In this document: piece after piece, positions 18,799 through 28,724 of the stretch
How positions within the stretch are numbered: position 1 is the stretch's first letter
Layout: each line of letters begins with the position of its first letter
From: a virus
Virus record (IMG/VR): IMGVR_UViG_3300045988_168611
Coordinates: 32,001-96,000 of that record
DNA length: 64,000 nucleotides
Strand: one strand, 5' to 3'
Program-made: the position numbers and the translations under genes
Notes under the pieces: generated by a model
What the model was told of the DNA's origin: nothing
Seen by the model: only the letters and a program-made list of their open reading frames with translations
The model's database searches: none

Positions 18799-19140
18799 AT
18801 GGCGCTCTACAAGAAGGACGCGGAGAAGAATGTGAGGGTGGACGATGACACTCGTATGACGAAGACGAGGTTGATACAAGCTGTATCGAAGCGGACGGGT
18901 ATCGATGCGGCGACGGTGCGAGCTGTGTATGCGGCAATCGTTGATGAGATCATCACGACTACCCGTTCTGGCCGATCGGTCATGCTGACGGGGTTCGGTC
19001 GTTTCTACCGGCTGCATAAGGCCGGTCATACTGTGCAGTTCACCAAGTCGGGTACAGGCGTAGTACCTGGCTACGACGTGCTGAAGTTTTCTGCTTCGTC
19101 GACATTGAACCGATCTTTGACAAATGAGTCGAGTGAGTAG
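18799..19140 (+). CDS. HU/IHF-family DNA-binding protein
   Basis: MTKTRLIQAVSKRTGIDAATVRAVYAAIVDEIITTTRSGRSVMLTGFGRFYRLHKAG fits the HU pattern (elI..ia...gls...a...v.a....i...l..g..v.l.GFG.F). The start at 18799 is preferred (GAGAGG, 7-nt spacing); 18766 and 18856 are also possible. Confidence 0.8.
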   Translation: MALYKKDAEKNVRVDDDTRMTKTRLIQAVSKRTGIDAATVRAVYAAIVDEIITTTRSGRSVMLTGFGRFYRLHKAGHTVQFTKSGTGVVPGYDVLKFSASSTLNRSLTNESSE

Positions 19141-19154
19141 TCGTACGATCGTGA

Positions 19155-19195
19155 GAACAAAACCCTGAGCACGTGATGTGCCCAGGGTTTTGTTC
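19155..19195. terminator. Bidirectional terminator
   Basis: GAACAAAACCCTG (19155-19167) pairs with CAGGGTTTTGTTC (19183-19195), with A/T runs on both sides. Confidence 0.7.
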
Positions 19196-19204
19196 ATGCG
19201 GAAG

Positions 19205-20362
19205 TCATTGGGGGATGGATCCATTGATCTCGACATATGTCGTCTGCACATTTGTTTGATCAGGTTTCTTTTCCCACATGACCCACCCATTCGTCAACAA
19301 TTCTCGATTACTGTCGTGTTCTTTCCATCTAAACGATAGCCAGAACGATGAGCCATTGAGAATGGATTTCCTAGTATCGATGGGTAGTTGGGACAATCGG
19401 TGTGTCGCATATTTGACGACATCATCAATTGTATATCGTTGGCCATGCACTGCCGCCCCTTGGAACTTCACAGATGTGGTAAACATCTGAGGTTCTATTT
19501 CGCCAATGTCAATGTTGTGACGATCGAATTTCATACGATAGCCATTGGCGCGAGGTGTTGTATCGTCATCCGAAGTAGCGAAGATGGATACCAACGTGCG
19601 AATTTCTGATTCACTCGATGCAGTGATGTCGACCGTACCCTCCACAATGGATGTTGTCGGATGCTCTCTCATTATATCGAGAAGTTTGTCTCGAAATTCG
19701 ATAGCATCTGCTTCGTTGAAATTCTCTAGGTAATAGAGATAGCCACGCCCATGGGGTTTCGCGAAGTACACAAGATCGTCGATGTCATACTGAGAAAGCT
19801 CACCAATGATTGCCTCGTTGTTTTTGAACCTTGTCATGAAATTGGTGATTCCGGTACGAGTGTAGTCGGCATACTTCCATGACGAAAAGCCCCATTGATC
19901 CAGGAGGTCAACAGTGAGATCTCTGCGGTCGTAGTACATGGTGTCCAAAATCGCAGAGTATAGTGCTGTTCCCTTGCTTTTCTGGATGAGGGTTTGTCCA
20001 CGTGCGATGAATGAGTCCTCTGTCGCGAATTCTGTCCATGTGACGACAATGTCCAACTTTTTATCCGTGAGTTGTTGGATTTTGGAACCCATGTCTTTTT
20101 GCTTGTGGCGTCGACCAATCACATCGAACATATCGATGAGGTTTTGGCGATAGTCGTTGCGACCTTTCGCCTTGAAGGGAATGCCGTAACACATTTTGTC
20201 GTCAGGCTGAGGACTCCATAGAGTAATTTTGGGACCAATTTTTGTTGACCACTCGTATTTCTCAGGATGCAACTCATTAACGATGTCGATAAACGTTTGG
20301 GCTACGTCTAACGATTCAGCAGTGATGTGGAAGTACCCTTTCACTGTGGTTGTGACTACCAT
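19205..20362 (-). CDS. Hypothetical protein (385 aa), visibly lower-GC gene
   Basis: A long uninterrupted ORF with GAAAGGGG before the ATG. I recognised no motif. It looks AT-richer than its neighbours by eye. Confidence 0.65.
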   Translation of the reverse strand: MVVTTTVKGYFHITAESLDVAQTFIDIVNELHPEKYEWSTKIGPKITLWSPQPDDKMCYGIPFKAKGRNDYRQNLIDMFDVIGRRHKQKDMGSKIQQLTDKKLDIVVTWTEFATEDSFIARGQTLIQKSKGTALYSAILDTMYYDRRDLTVDLLDQWGFSSWKYADYTRTGITNFMTRFKNNEAIIGELSQYDIDDLVYFAKPHGRGYLYYLENFNEADAIEFRDKLLDIMREHPTTSIVEGTVDITASSESEIRTLVSIFATSDDDTTPRANGYRMKFDRHNIDIGEIEPQMFTTSVKFQGAAVHGQRYTIDDVVKYATHRLSQLPIDTRKSILNGSSFWLSFRWKEHDSNRELLTNGWVMWEKKPDQTNVQTTYVEINGSIPQ

Positions 20363-20436
20363 GGTTGACCCCTTTCGTTATTGTGCGCTCACTACTGTGA
20401 GTCTGATGTGGGTGCGTTTATTTAGTGCACCACAAT

Positions 20437-20790
20437 TCAGTCAAGGCCGAGAGCGACAGCGATACCGTCCTGAATGGTCTCCAGCTCATGGTCTTCCACA
20501 TGGCCGATGCGGCTCGTGAGTCGGGATTTATCGACGTTTGTCACCTGATTGCACACAGCAATTGATTCTCGGCTGTTGATGTGAACCGTGGGGTTGATGG
20601 TGTTGGTACGACGCTGCTTGTTTGGGGACGTGAGATAAACGACTTGGACGACACCAGATCGCTGGTTGATACCATCGTTGCTCACGATAACAGCAGGTCG
20701 ACCGGACCAGATTTCATTGCCAACAGTTCCGCCACCGGGGACGGGTGCGGCTTCGACGAACCAAACGTCGCCTTGGCGGATAGCACGCAT
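20437..20790 (-). CDS. MazF/PemK-family toxin (endoribonuclease fold)
   Basis: ATG at 20790 follows GAAAGGAG. The sequence is MRAIRQGDVWFVE...GRPAVIVSNDGINQRSGVVQVVYLTS...SIAVCNQVTNVDKSRL...LETIQDGIAVALGLD, which fits the family pattern GD.w.v......RP.vIvS.d..N.....v.vvPlTs...........Q.r.vdk.RL. Confidence 0.8.
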   Translation of the reverse strand: MRAIRQGDVWFVEAAPVPGGGTVGNEIWSGRPAVIVSNDGINQRSGVVQVVYLTSPNKQRRTNTINPTVHINSRESIAVCNQVTNVDKSRLTSRIGHVEDHELETIQDGIAVALGLD

Positions 20791-20844
20791 GTGCGCTCCT
20801 TTCGAGTAGGGGAGTAGGGAATTAAGTAGATAGAGTGTGAGGGT

Positions 20845-20882
20845 GCCACATTGCCCCTGGGAAACCCCAGGGGCAATGTGGC
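20845..20882 (-). terminator. 17-bp hairpin after the helicase gene
   Basis: GCCACATTGCCCCTGGG pairs with CCCAGGGGCAATGTGGC around a 4-nt loop, directly downstream of the stop at 20905. Confidence 0.65.
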
Positions 20883-20904
20883 AGGAGGACGGCATAAGGG
20901 CTTG

Positions 20905-23900
20905 TCAGTCCTCGTCCGTCGTCGGATCACTTGGATCCACAGTAAGACCAGCAACGATGCTTCGAATCTGATCGAGATCGTTCTGTGCTGGTTGGGTGGT
21001 GTCCGCCTGAGCAGCGTCTGTCTGATCAGACGGGATTGCATCCTCGATGGCATCAAGGACATCATCCTCGTCAACGACGATTGCGTCGACGGCATGGTTC
21101 TCACCATCGTCATCAATGTCGTTACCAGAGGCGGGGTTGGTCAGCGAGTCAACGATGAGGTTGTAATCGCTGACGATGCGGGCCGACAGCGTGGTGCCAT
21201 GAGAAAGAACGAAGAGAGAGTTCTTGGCGCGCGTGAACGCGACGTAGTAGAGCCTCTTCTTCTCTTCCGTCATGTCCGACTGGTCCTTGTAGACGACAAC
21301 AACGTTGTCGAACTCAAGGCCCTTCACACCATGGACCGTCGACACGATCAGATCCGCCTTGGTTTCAAGATTACGGATCTTGCGTTCCTCGTTGTTGCGA
21401 TGCATAAGCGCATCGCGAATCGAGTTATGGCGAATCTCGTGGTCCAAGATGCACTTCTTCAAACGATCGAAGAAGACCTCCTTGGTGATGATGCCTGCCT
21501 GGTATTCGTACACCCAACCCTGGATAGTGAGGGCGGACGCAGTCCACCATTCACTAGCCATCTTGGCAAGTGCTGCCTGAGCGTTCGGGTTGGCACCCGG
21601 ACCTCGGCTTACGAGTTCCTTGGTGAACACGAACGACGCATTCGCCGGATCAACTGCCTCGATGTCGCTCCAGTGGTGCTCGATGAACGATGAGAAGAAC
21701 GTCGACGCGCGACGCCGATCAGAGATCATCGAGATGACCGAGCGACCAGGGAAGATCTCTTCCAGACGCTTCTGGATGGCGAAAGCCTCTCGACGGGTGA
21801 ACGCCAAGAAGGCGACCTGCTCTCCGCGATTCAGGCATTCCTGGATGTAGGAGTTGACGTGTTTCGAGAGAAGCATCGGTAGGTCGGTGAGGAACTTTCG
21901 ATCAGCCGTGTAGTGCTCGTGCACCACGCGCACCTTCTCCTGGAAGGAGTTTGCCGTCACAGGGGTCAGCGAGTTGGCTCGCAGACGAATCTGTGCAAAC
22001 TGGTTTGCTTCGATCTCAGACAAGAGGTGGACATTCGCCATGTCGAGAACCTCTTGGTTCGATCGATAGTTGGTTTCCAGCTTGTAGGGCGTGAAGACAC
22101 CGGATGATTCGAGTGCATTCAGAGCCTTCGGGTTCGCTGAACGGAACTCGTAGAGCGTCTGCGAACAATCCCCGACAATAAAGAGTGAACAGCCCAACTT
22201 GTTCACCAGACGAAGCAGATAGATAAACTCGAAGACCGAGTTATCCTGTACCTCGTCAATGATGAGGTGGCGGATGTTCAACCCAGTAGGCAGCGGCATC
22301 TTGTCGATCATCTGGTAAGCCAGGATGATCTCAAGCTCTAGCGATGTCTGCTTGATGAGGTTGAGTGCGTCAACCGTCTGCTCCAGGTGTGACTCGATGA
22401 AGTTGTTCAGCGCGGTGTGCGCACCCTCAGAGTTACGACCCTCCAGCCTGCGCAGCTTCTCAGCAAACTGGAACGCGAATGGATCCCCCGGCATATAGAT
22501 GCCCAAGGAGTTAGCGATCGTCTCCACAGAGCTGAGCTCATGAGTGGGGAAGTACGTCATGTACAGATCGTGAATCATTCGCGCGATCGTCATGGAGCGA
22601 ACGTTGGGGTTCTTACGGATGATGTTGTCTGCTGCCGCGTTGGTGAACGACAAGACAGTGATGTCAGCCGGATTGACACCGCACAGGCTGAGCTGCTGGA
22701 TGCGCTCAAGAATGACAGTGCTCTTGCCAGCACCTGCGCCCGCCTGAGTCAGGATGAGCGGTTCAGTCGAGCGCACAGCAGCAAGCTGCTGAGGCGAGAG
22801 CTGTCGCTGCACAGGAATAGTCTTGATGGTCTCCGGTGCACGCTCCAGCTGATCACGCTTGCTACCGAGGTCGCTGAGCGTGTCGTTCATCAGCAAGTTC
22901 ATATTCTGCTTGACCAGGAGCGAAGCGGTCTGGGGATCGCAGAGCATGTTGATGGACGCGTAGATCTTCTTGTATGCAGATAGTGGAACGTTGTACTGCT
23001 CCATGTAGCGCAGCTCGTAGACCATCTGAGCCAACTGTTCATCGTCGTACGAGTGCTTCTTCGACACAAGAGCGTCAATGACATCGTGGATGTCATCGGC
23101 AATGTCATCGCTGCTCCAGCGCTGTGCACTGTCCGTGACGTTGTCGTAGACGCTGTAGTCGGCATAGAACTCAGCCAGCGTGTCAAGGAAGCCGCGCTTA
23201 CGCGAGTGGTTGATTCCGGTGGCTCGGAAGATCTCATCCCACGGCAGATTCTCAGCGTCCTCAGCAGGAGCGTAGCTCCAGTCGGCAATGGCCCACGCCA
23301 GGTTGGCAGCGCTCATCCTGACGGCCTTGTTGGGGAAGGTGCTGATCGTCGTGCTGAGCAACGTAGCGCGAGTGCGGTAGCTCTCGTCCTCTGTGATGAT
23401 GAGCGTGTCATCGGCTTCATCATCGAACAGATCGATGTCATCATCGTCGACCTCAATGAAGTCAGGATCGTCAGGATCGATGGCATCCAGATCATTGATG
23501 AGACGGGCGAGCATCTGATCGCTGAGATCATCGATGTCTTCGCACCTCTTGGGCGGGACAACATAGAGCACAGTGCGGTAAGAGATCTGCAAGTCCTTGA
23601 CCTTGGTCTTGCCGCTGTTGTCCTCACGCATAGCAAGGCCCTGTACGTGGCACGATGCCCAGATGTCAAACGTGTCGGTGTCGTCGGTGAGACGCACAGC
23701 GAACTGGTCCATGTCATCAGGGACAGGCAGGGTCATACGACCGTAGCCCTGCTCGTAGGCGCGCTTCACGATGGTGCCGGTCGGAACGATGCGACTGGTG
23801 ACTGCGTTGGATGTCTGCGACACCTTGTAGCGCAGGTCTGTGGTTCCCATGGTGGTGCGATCCAGTCCCATGGGATAGCGGCCTGGGATGACAGAGCTGT

Positions 23901-24045
23901 TGAGCAAGCCCTGCTTTTTTCCACGACCGGTCAGATGCGACGAGAAGTACTTGGGCGTCACTGCTTTAATGGTGCGCGCCTTGGTTGCTTCGACGGCGGT
24001 GCTGAACTTAGCCGCTTCGTCGAGGTTATCGAGGAGGATGGGCAT
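20905..24045 (-). CDS. UvrD/PcrA/Rep-type SF1 helicase with about 400-aa N-terminal extension
   Basis: Motifs present: LILTQAGAGAGKSTVILERI (Walker A), HLIIDEVQDNS (Walker B), IVGDCSQTLYEFRSANP, LETNYRSNQEVL, TVHGVKGLEFDNVVVV and YYVAFTRAKNSLFVL. Confidence 0.9.
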   Translation of the reverse strand: MPILLDNLDEAAKFSTAVEATKARTIKAVTPKYFSSHLTGRGKKQGLLNSSVIPGRYPMGLDRTTMGTTDLRYKVSQTSNAVTSRIVPTGTIVKRAYEQGYGRMTLPVPDDMDQFAVRLTDDTDTFDIWASCHVQGLAMREDNSGKTKVKDLQISYRTVLYVVPPKRCEDIDDLSDQMLARLINDLDAIDPDDPDFIEVDDDDIDLFDDEADDTLIITEDESYRTRATLLSTTISTFPNKAVRMSAANLAWAIADWSYAPAEDAENLPWDEIFRATGINHSRKRGFLDTLAEFYADYSVYDNVTDSAQRWSSDDIADDIHDVIDALVSKKHSYDDEQLAQMVYELRYMEQYNVPLSAYKKIYASINMLCDPQTASLLVKQNMNLLMNDTLSDLGSKRDQLERAPETIKTIPVQRQLSPQQLAAVRSTEPLILTQAGAGAGKSTVILERIQQLSLCGVNPADITVLSFTNAAADNIIRKNPNVRSMTIARMIHDLYMTYFPTHELSSVETIANSLGIYMPGDPFAFQFAEKLRRLEGRNSEGAHTALNNFIESHLEQTVDALNLIKQTSLELEIILAYQMIDKMPLPTGLNIRHLIIDEVQDNSVFEFIYLLRLVNKLGCSLFIVGDCSQTLYEFRSANPKALNALESSGVFTPYKLETNYRSNQEVLDMANVHLLSEIEANQFAQIRLRANSLTPVTANSFQEKVRVVHEHYTADRKFLTDLPMLLSKHVNSYIQECLNRGEQVAFLAFTRREAFAIQKRLEEIFPGRSVISMISDRRRASTFFSSFIEHHWSDIEAVDPANASFVFTKELVSRGPGANPNAQAALAKMASEWWTASALTIQGWVYEYQAGIITKEVFFDRLKKCILDHEIRHNSIRDALMHRNNEERKIRNLETKADLIVSTVHGVKGLEFDNVVVVYKDQSDMTEEKKRLYYVAFTRAKNSLFVLSHGTTLSARIVSDYNLIVDSLTNPASGNDIDDDGENHAVDAIVVDEDDVLDAIEDAIPSDQTDAAQADTTQPAQNDLDQIRSIVAGLTVDPSDPTTDED

Positions 24046-24063
24046 ATGAGCCCTCCTTTCTTT

Positions 24064-24090
24064 TTGAATAAAGTGACAAGAATTGAATAA
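24064..24090 (-). promoter_or_regulatory. TTTATTCAA box pair upstream of the helicase RBS
   Basis: The minus strand reads TTATTCAATTCTTGTCACTTTATTCAAAAAGAAAGGAGGGCTCATATG. Confidence 0.4.
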
Positions 24091-24174
24091 GTGTGTGCAT
24101 GCGCACTATCGATCGGCCTGTCAGCGTATATTGCCAACAGGCCGACCGATGAGAATGGTGATTGGGATTGGTGA

Positions 24175-24846
24175 TCACACAAGCTTGTAGCCGATGATCT
24201 CCATATCGTCGTCAGTGTCGGGATCGATGAGAGTTCCCACATCGGGCAGATCGCTCAGCGGCTGGTCGTAGAGACAGCCTTTTTCGTCCGTGTAGACGAT
24301 GTACACCGAGTCAAGGTTCTTGTGGAGCTTGGGCGCATAGGGCGACAGCAGACCGTAGAGTGCGAGGGTGCTCTCGACCTGCTTTTCCCATGCTGGGGTA
24401 AGGGTTGTCTCAATGAGACGCGCGAGGCCTTCCTTTGTCTCGATGCCTTCGAGCATGCAGGGTGTCGTGCGTAGATACTGCGCAGCACGGCGTTGGCTCT
24501 TATCGGTGATGATGGTGTTGTGACGATCGTTGGGATCGTCTTCTCGCAGCCAATACCAACCATTGTCAAGTGCGTACATGGGCGCACCAGTTCGTGCATC
24601 AGAAAGATGGAGATCGACGAGCTGGCGAAGCCACGGGAACGCCTGAAGGATGTGGTCATGGACCATGCCGCAGTCGTCGGGTTCACTGTCGAAGAAGAAT
24701 CCGTCGTTGTCTTGGCGCTCGTAATACACCTCGCCAGTAACGCTGATGCGGTCATCGTTAATGCCGTATGTGGCGATGACCTTGATGCGGGTGCCGTTAG
24801 ATTCAGTGATGATGTCCTCAACGGTATTCGTGCATGTGTAACGCAT
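24175..24846 (-). CDS. Hypothetical protein (223 aa)
   Basis: An ORF with TAAGGAG before the ATG, co-oriented within the ATPase/helicase cluster. No motif recognised. Confidence 0.6.
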   Translation of the reverse strand: MRYTCTNTVEDIITESNGTRIKVIATYGINDDRISVTGEVYYERQDNDGFFFDSEPDDCGMVHDHILQAFPWLRQLVDLHLSDARTGAPMYALDNGWYWLREDDPNDRHNTIITDKSQRRAAQYLRTTPCMLEGIETKEGLARLIETTLTPAWEKQVESTLALYGLLSPYAPKLHKNLDSVYIVYTDEKGCLYDQPLSDLPDVGTLIDPDTDDDMEIIGYKLV

Positions 24847-24885
24847 GGAAGCTCCTTATGTGTCAGTGATGAGAAATGTGGGTGT

Positions 24886-24939
24886 GGTTCGCCTACGCAA
24901 TGAGGTGGGATATACACCTGTTTGTTGCGTAGGCGAACC
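24886..24939 (-). terminator. 15-bp-stem, large-loop intergenic hairpin
   Basis: GGTTCGCCTACGCAA pairs with TTGCGTAGGCGAACC around a 24-nt loop. Confidence 0.5.
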
Positions 24940-24947
24940 GTTGCTGG

Positions 24948-26816
24948 TTAGTTACTCGCAGCGGAGAGCAGAGAGTCTTCGATGAAACCTCGAATAGCGC
25001 GAACAGCAGGGCGTGCGCCCTGATCCTTCAAGTATGTCTCTGCCACCAATCGATCGATGGTGTCATCGTCGATGGGATCGAAGCTCATACCTGGGTTCTC
25101 AGCGCAAATACGCGCCACTTGGCGATCATATTCATCACGCAGAATCTCAGCGTATTCGCTGGTTCCTAGCGGCATGAATGCGATGAGGTCATCGAACCTA
25201 CCAAGTAGTTCTGCGTCAAAGCTATTCTGGAGCTCATTGGTGAGGACCTGTTTGGTGATACTCTGCGTATGGTTACCGAACCCCATCTGGGAGCCAGAGA
25301 GCTTTTGCCTACCAGCATTCGTTGTTGCGATGACAATGCAACGAGACATGTCGACAGCAGGGCCGTTGGCCATCTGGATTTCGCCAGTATCGAGCGCGGA
25401 GAGGAACAGTCGCTGTACCGACATGTGAGCCTTCTCGAACTCATCCAGAACGATGACTCGATAGGGGTTCGATGCCAACGTGTCAAACGGTCGTTCTCGT
25501 GCACTCTCAGACCCAACGTATCCAGAGGGGGAACCAATGATCCTGTTGATCGTGTGGGCATCGTGGAACTCAGCCATGTTGAGCAAAATAGGTTCCTGTC
25601 CCGTGACCATCTGGGAGATGATCTTGGCGGTCTCGGACTTGCCCACGCCGGATGCTCCGGCGAAAAGCCACGATGTTGGTCGCGTTTGGGGGAAGATGTT
25701 CAGCTCGCGGCGACGCAGTGCGTCAACGAGACGCGGAAGCACGTCTTCCTGGCCCTTGAGCCTGGAGAGTTCACTCTCCAGAGTCTCGACATCAAGCTGC
25801 GGTGGCTGTGACTGGCCGGTTACAAGCAGCATGGCGATCGTATTGAGGCGCTTGGAGGTCAACGGGATCTGGGTGATTTGCTGAAGCATCTGTGCATACG
25901 ATGCGTTGCCAGAAGCAAGTGCTTCCTGGATCGCAGCGTGATGGCTGATCACGCTGTGGCTCAGTGCTCGATCGAGCAGCGTGATGGCCGTATCGGGGCG
26001 GTGTCCGGTGCTCATGAGACGATCAGCCGTGACAACGATGTCATCGAGGACATCAGATGCCACACTGACCTTGTTCTGGTAGTGCGTGAGCATGCCGGGC
26101 AGAACGACATCGAGAATCGAACGGGTCTGCTCTCGGTTAAGCTCATCGACGATGACAGACGAGAAGCGACGCTTGAATGCCGGATCGTCATCGAGGCGCT
26201 TTGCCTCACCCATCGTCGTTGCTGCGATGACGCGCAGGTATCCTCGGGCCAATGCGGGCTTGAGGATCTGTGCGATTTTTGAGTACGTAGGGTTGCTGTC
26301 ATCGGCGATGATGTGGATCTCATCAATGAAGAGCAGTGCGTCATTGTCTGGATCCTGGGCGAACTTAATAATGTCGGTGATCCTGTTTTCCAGTTCACCG
26401 ACGATACCAGCGCCTGCAACGAGAGTGGCGATCGGCAACTCATAGATGGTGGTGTTCTTGAGTTGCGGAGGCACGGATGCTTCCTGGTTAGCAATGCGCC
26501 GGGCGATCTCTTCGACGATGGCGGTCTTGCCAACACCTGCTGGTCCGACAAGAAGCGCGTTCGGCTTGCGCGACGATGAGATGATGCTCATCGTCTGAGT
26601 GACGATCTCGTCACGGAAGAGTGCTGGAGAGGACTTCTTGTATTCCTCGTTGTAGTTGATGAGCATGTCATCAATCTCGGAGCCACCGGTGATCGCGTGA
26701 TTGTGCGATGGCGCAGACGGGCCGACGCTGACGATGTTAGGCGCACCAGAGCCAACGCCTGATCCGGTCGGGTTGTTAGCGTCGTCGTCATTGGGCGTGA
26801 AGTTGGACAGGCCCAT
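24948..26816 (-). CDS. Two-ring Clp/Hsp100-type AAA+ ATPase lacking N-domain and long M-domain
   Basis: D1: LLVGPAGVGKTAIVEEIARRI, LLFIDEIHII, LKPALARGYLRVIAATT, DPAFKRRF. D2: LFAGASGVGKSETAKII, GSPSGYVGSE, VIVLDEFEKAH, IVIATTNAG. Confidence 0.85.
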   Translation of the reverse strand: MGLSNFTPNDDDANNPTGSGVGSGAPNIVSVGPSAPSHNHAITGGSEIDDMLINYNEEYKKSSPALFRDEIVTQTMSIISSSRKPNALLVGPAGVGKTAIVEEIARRIANQEASVPPQLKNTTIYELPIATLVAGAGIVGELENRITDIIKFAQDPDNDALLFIDEIHIIADDSNPTYSKIAQILKPALARGYLRVIAATTMGEAKRLDDDPAFKRRFSSVIVDELNREQTRSILDVVLPGMLTHYQNKVSVASDVLDDIVVTADRLMSTGHRPDTAITLLDRALSHSVISHHAAIQEALASGNASYAQMLQQITQIPLTSKRLNTIAMLLVTGQSQPPQLDVETLESELSRLKGQEDVLPRLVDALRRRELNIFPQTRPTSWLFAGASGVGKSETAKIISQMVTGQEPILLNMAEFHDAHTINRIIGSPSGYVGSESARERPFDTLASNPYRVIVLDEFEKAHMSVQRLFLSALDTGEIQMANGPAVDMSRCIVIATTNAGRQKLSGSQMGFGNHTQSITKQVLTNELQNSFDAELLGRFDDLIAFMPLGTSEYAEILRDEYDRQVARICAENPGMSFDPIDDDTIDRLVAETYLKDQGARPAVRAIRGFIEDSLLSAASN

Positions 26817-26832
26817 AGGCGTGCCTCCTTTT

Positions 26833-26855
26833 TTGAATAAATGGGAATTGAATGA
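26833..26855 (-). promoter_or_regulatory. TTTATTCAA box upstream of the Clp-like gene RBS
   Basis: The minus strand reads CATTCAATTCCCATTTATTCAAAAAAGGAGGCACGCCTATG. Confidence 0.4.
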
Positions 26856-26927
26856 ATAGTTTGTGGACCCTCCCTCCCTCTCTTTTTCACCAGTAGGTGG
26901 TCACAAGAGGGGAGAGAGGGCTCAGTG

Positions 26928-28628
26928 TCACTTGGTCATGCCGAGGATGCGAGAGCCCGTACTGGGGTCGATCGTCTGCATGTGATGAGTGAAACTCTTA
27001 GCGCTTTCGCGCAAGGAGTTGTACCAGTTGTCTGGGACAGAGATTGGTACGTAATAGAGGTTCTCAGGAACCTCAAGGTGGTACGAACCGGGCCACCACT
27101 CGAAGTCGGTGATGACCAGGTTGAGTCGACGCTTGAGCGTCTGGTGTTCGTTAATGAGCTTGTAAATCTGCTCATAATCGGTACCCCCGCTCACCTTGGG
27201 CACGGCAGCAAACTGCTTCCATACCTGAGTGATAGAGCGATTCTTGATGCGAAGGCGCACAGGTGTCGACATGACGTGCGAGAAACTCGTGAAGTACAAA
27301 TCCACGCCCATTCGCTGAGCGAACTGGATGAGCATCTTGATCGTGTCCTCGTAGTTCTCCGTGGAAATCGATCCAGACGTATCCAGGTAAATGTGAATGT
27401 CTGGCATGTACTTGCGGGAGACAACCTTGCCTGGCTTATTCGGGTCGTTCGGCTGACGCCTATTGGCTCGAACAAAGCTCGTGCTCACATTCCTGATGGA
27501 ATTGAGAGACTGATTGACCTTCGACATGCGCGTGAGAACTCGCATGACCGACTTGTAGATGTCGACAGGTCTGGTGGGTCGCTTGCGGAACACCACACGA
27601 CCGCTACGGCCCGCTTGTTGCTGTGCGTTGGACAGGCTGTTGGCAGCCTGTACAGACGCCTTTTGCTGGGCGCGTGCCAGCGCTGTCAGCTTGCTGAGCT
27701 GACCCGGCGTGATGAGCTTGACCGGGTTGTGGAGGGACTTCATGATGAGATCCCACTCAGCGTTGATCTTGCGCATCGACGCCCTGGCATGAGCTTCGAC
27801 GTTGATGAGAACCAACGTACGAGGCAGTGCCAGCTCAGCGATGCTGAATGGCAGCATGCCGCATGTTTCAGGCGCACCAGGCTGGTTAGTCTGCTGCATA
27901 TGGGTCCACGTACTGAGAGCCCACATGAGCACACGTGCGAACGAGTACTCATCGAGGGCCTGCGAGTCATTCGCTCGCAGAATCAGAGACTCAGTGAGGC
28001 CGTTCAGGTCAATTTTGTCGAACTGCTGGAACATCCGGTTGTTAGCCGGAGTAATGTTCGATGCGATCTTGCTGAGCTCGCCACGTAGCCATGTCTTGAA
28101 ACTGTCGAATTCTGCATCTGTGCGGAACCAGAAGCCGATTGTGTGCGGATGGAACGTCCATCCCAGGGACACCAACAGGAGGTCCGTACCGGCATTGCCA
28201 GCAAGTACATCCTTAGCGGTAGGCATCACGTCGCTCTGCGTGGTGTACAGAGCCTTGCTGGGATCAGGGAGCTTACAACGCGCAGCTGCCTGGGTGATGA
28301 ACGCTTCGTCGATAGGCGATGATGCGGACGGAATCCATCGAACAAGAGACTGTTCGAAGATCGCACCCATAGTGGCTTGTGCGTCTGCATCGAGGACTTC
28401 GCCAACGGCTCGAAGAAGGAGGTCGTTCACTTCGTCAGAGTCACAGTCGCGTCCGTCGATCGTCAGATCGACATGACCGCCTGGAGTGAGTGGCTCGAAG
28501 ATGGTCTGTGTGATCATCGTTTCGAGTGTAGCGAGGGGTTCGCAATCACCCGTGAAAGGGGCGATGGGAACATACTGGTCGATATGATTGGGCTTTTGCC
28601 CGGTGAGGGTAATAGATGGAGAAGCCAT
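26928..28628 (-). CDS. VWA-domain protein (C-terminal MIDAS-type domain), partner of the upstream MoxR-like ATPase
   Basis: C-terminal IHIYLDTSGSIS (DxSGS), ...GGTDYEQI... and LNLVITDFE. ATG at 28628 lies 5 nt after AAAGGGG (the track start is GTG at 28634). Confidence 0.65.
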   Translation of the reverse strand: MASPSITLTGQKPNHIDQYVPIAPFTGDCEPLATLETMITQTIFEPLTPGGHVDLTIDGRDCDSDEVNDLLLRAVGEVLDADAQATMGAIFEQSLVRWIPSASSPIDEAFITQAAARCKLPDPSKALYTTQSDVMPTAKDVLAGNAGTDLLLVSLGWTFHPHTIGFWFRTDAEFDSFKTWLRGELSKIASNITPANNRMFQQFDKIDLNGLTESLILRANDSQALDEYSFARVLMWALSTWTHMQQTNQPGAPETCGMLPFSIAELALPRTLVLINVEAHARASMRKINAEWDLIMKSLHNPVKLITPGQLSKLTALARAQQKASVQAANSLSNAQQQAGRSGRVVFRKRPTRPVDIYKSVMRVLTRMSKVNQSLNSIRNVSTSFVRANRRQPNDPNKPGKVVSRKYMPDIHIYLDTSGSISTENYEDTIKMLIQFAQRMGVDLYFTSFSHVMSTPVRLRIKNRSITQVWKQFAAVPKVSGGTDYEQIYKLINEHQTLKRRLNLVITDFEWWPGSYHLEVPENLYYVPISVPDNWYNSLRESAKSFTHHMQTIDPSTGSRILGMTK

Positions 28629-28640
28629 CGTCACCCCTTT

Positions 28641-28649
28641 CTGAATAAA
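28641..28649 (-). promoter_or_regulatory. TTTATTCAG box upstream of the VWA gene RBS
   Basis: The minus strand reads CCGTTTATTCAGAAAGGGGTGACGATG. Confidence 0.35.
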
Positions 28650-28667
28650 CGGGAGCTATATGTGGTC

Positions 28668-28711
28668 GTGTCCGGCGTAGCCGAAGGAGAATGAAGTGCT
28701 ACGCCGGACAC
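28668..28711 (-). terminator. 14-bp intercistronic hairpin between MoxR-like and VWA genes
   Basis: GTGTCCGGCGTAGC pairs with GCTACGCCGGACAC around a 16-nt loop. Confidence 0.5.
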
Positions 28712-28724
28712 GATGTCTGTGAAC

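Noticed and set aside
20851-24090. Plus-strand ORFs of 280 and 345 aa overlapping the UvrD-like helicase gene.
   Set aside because: They are antisense shadows. The helicase motifs I-VI all read on the minus strand.
26925-28088. 387-aa plus-strand ORF opposite the VWA gene.
   Set aside because: It has no RBS and an Arg/Leu/Val-rich shadow composition. The minus-strand frame has the DxSGS MIDAS motif and operon context.
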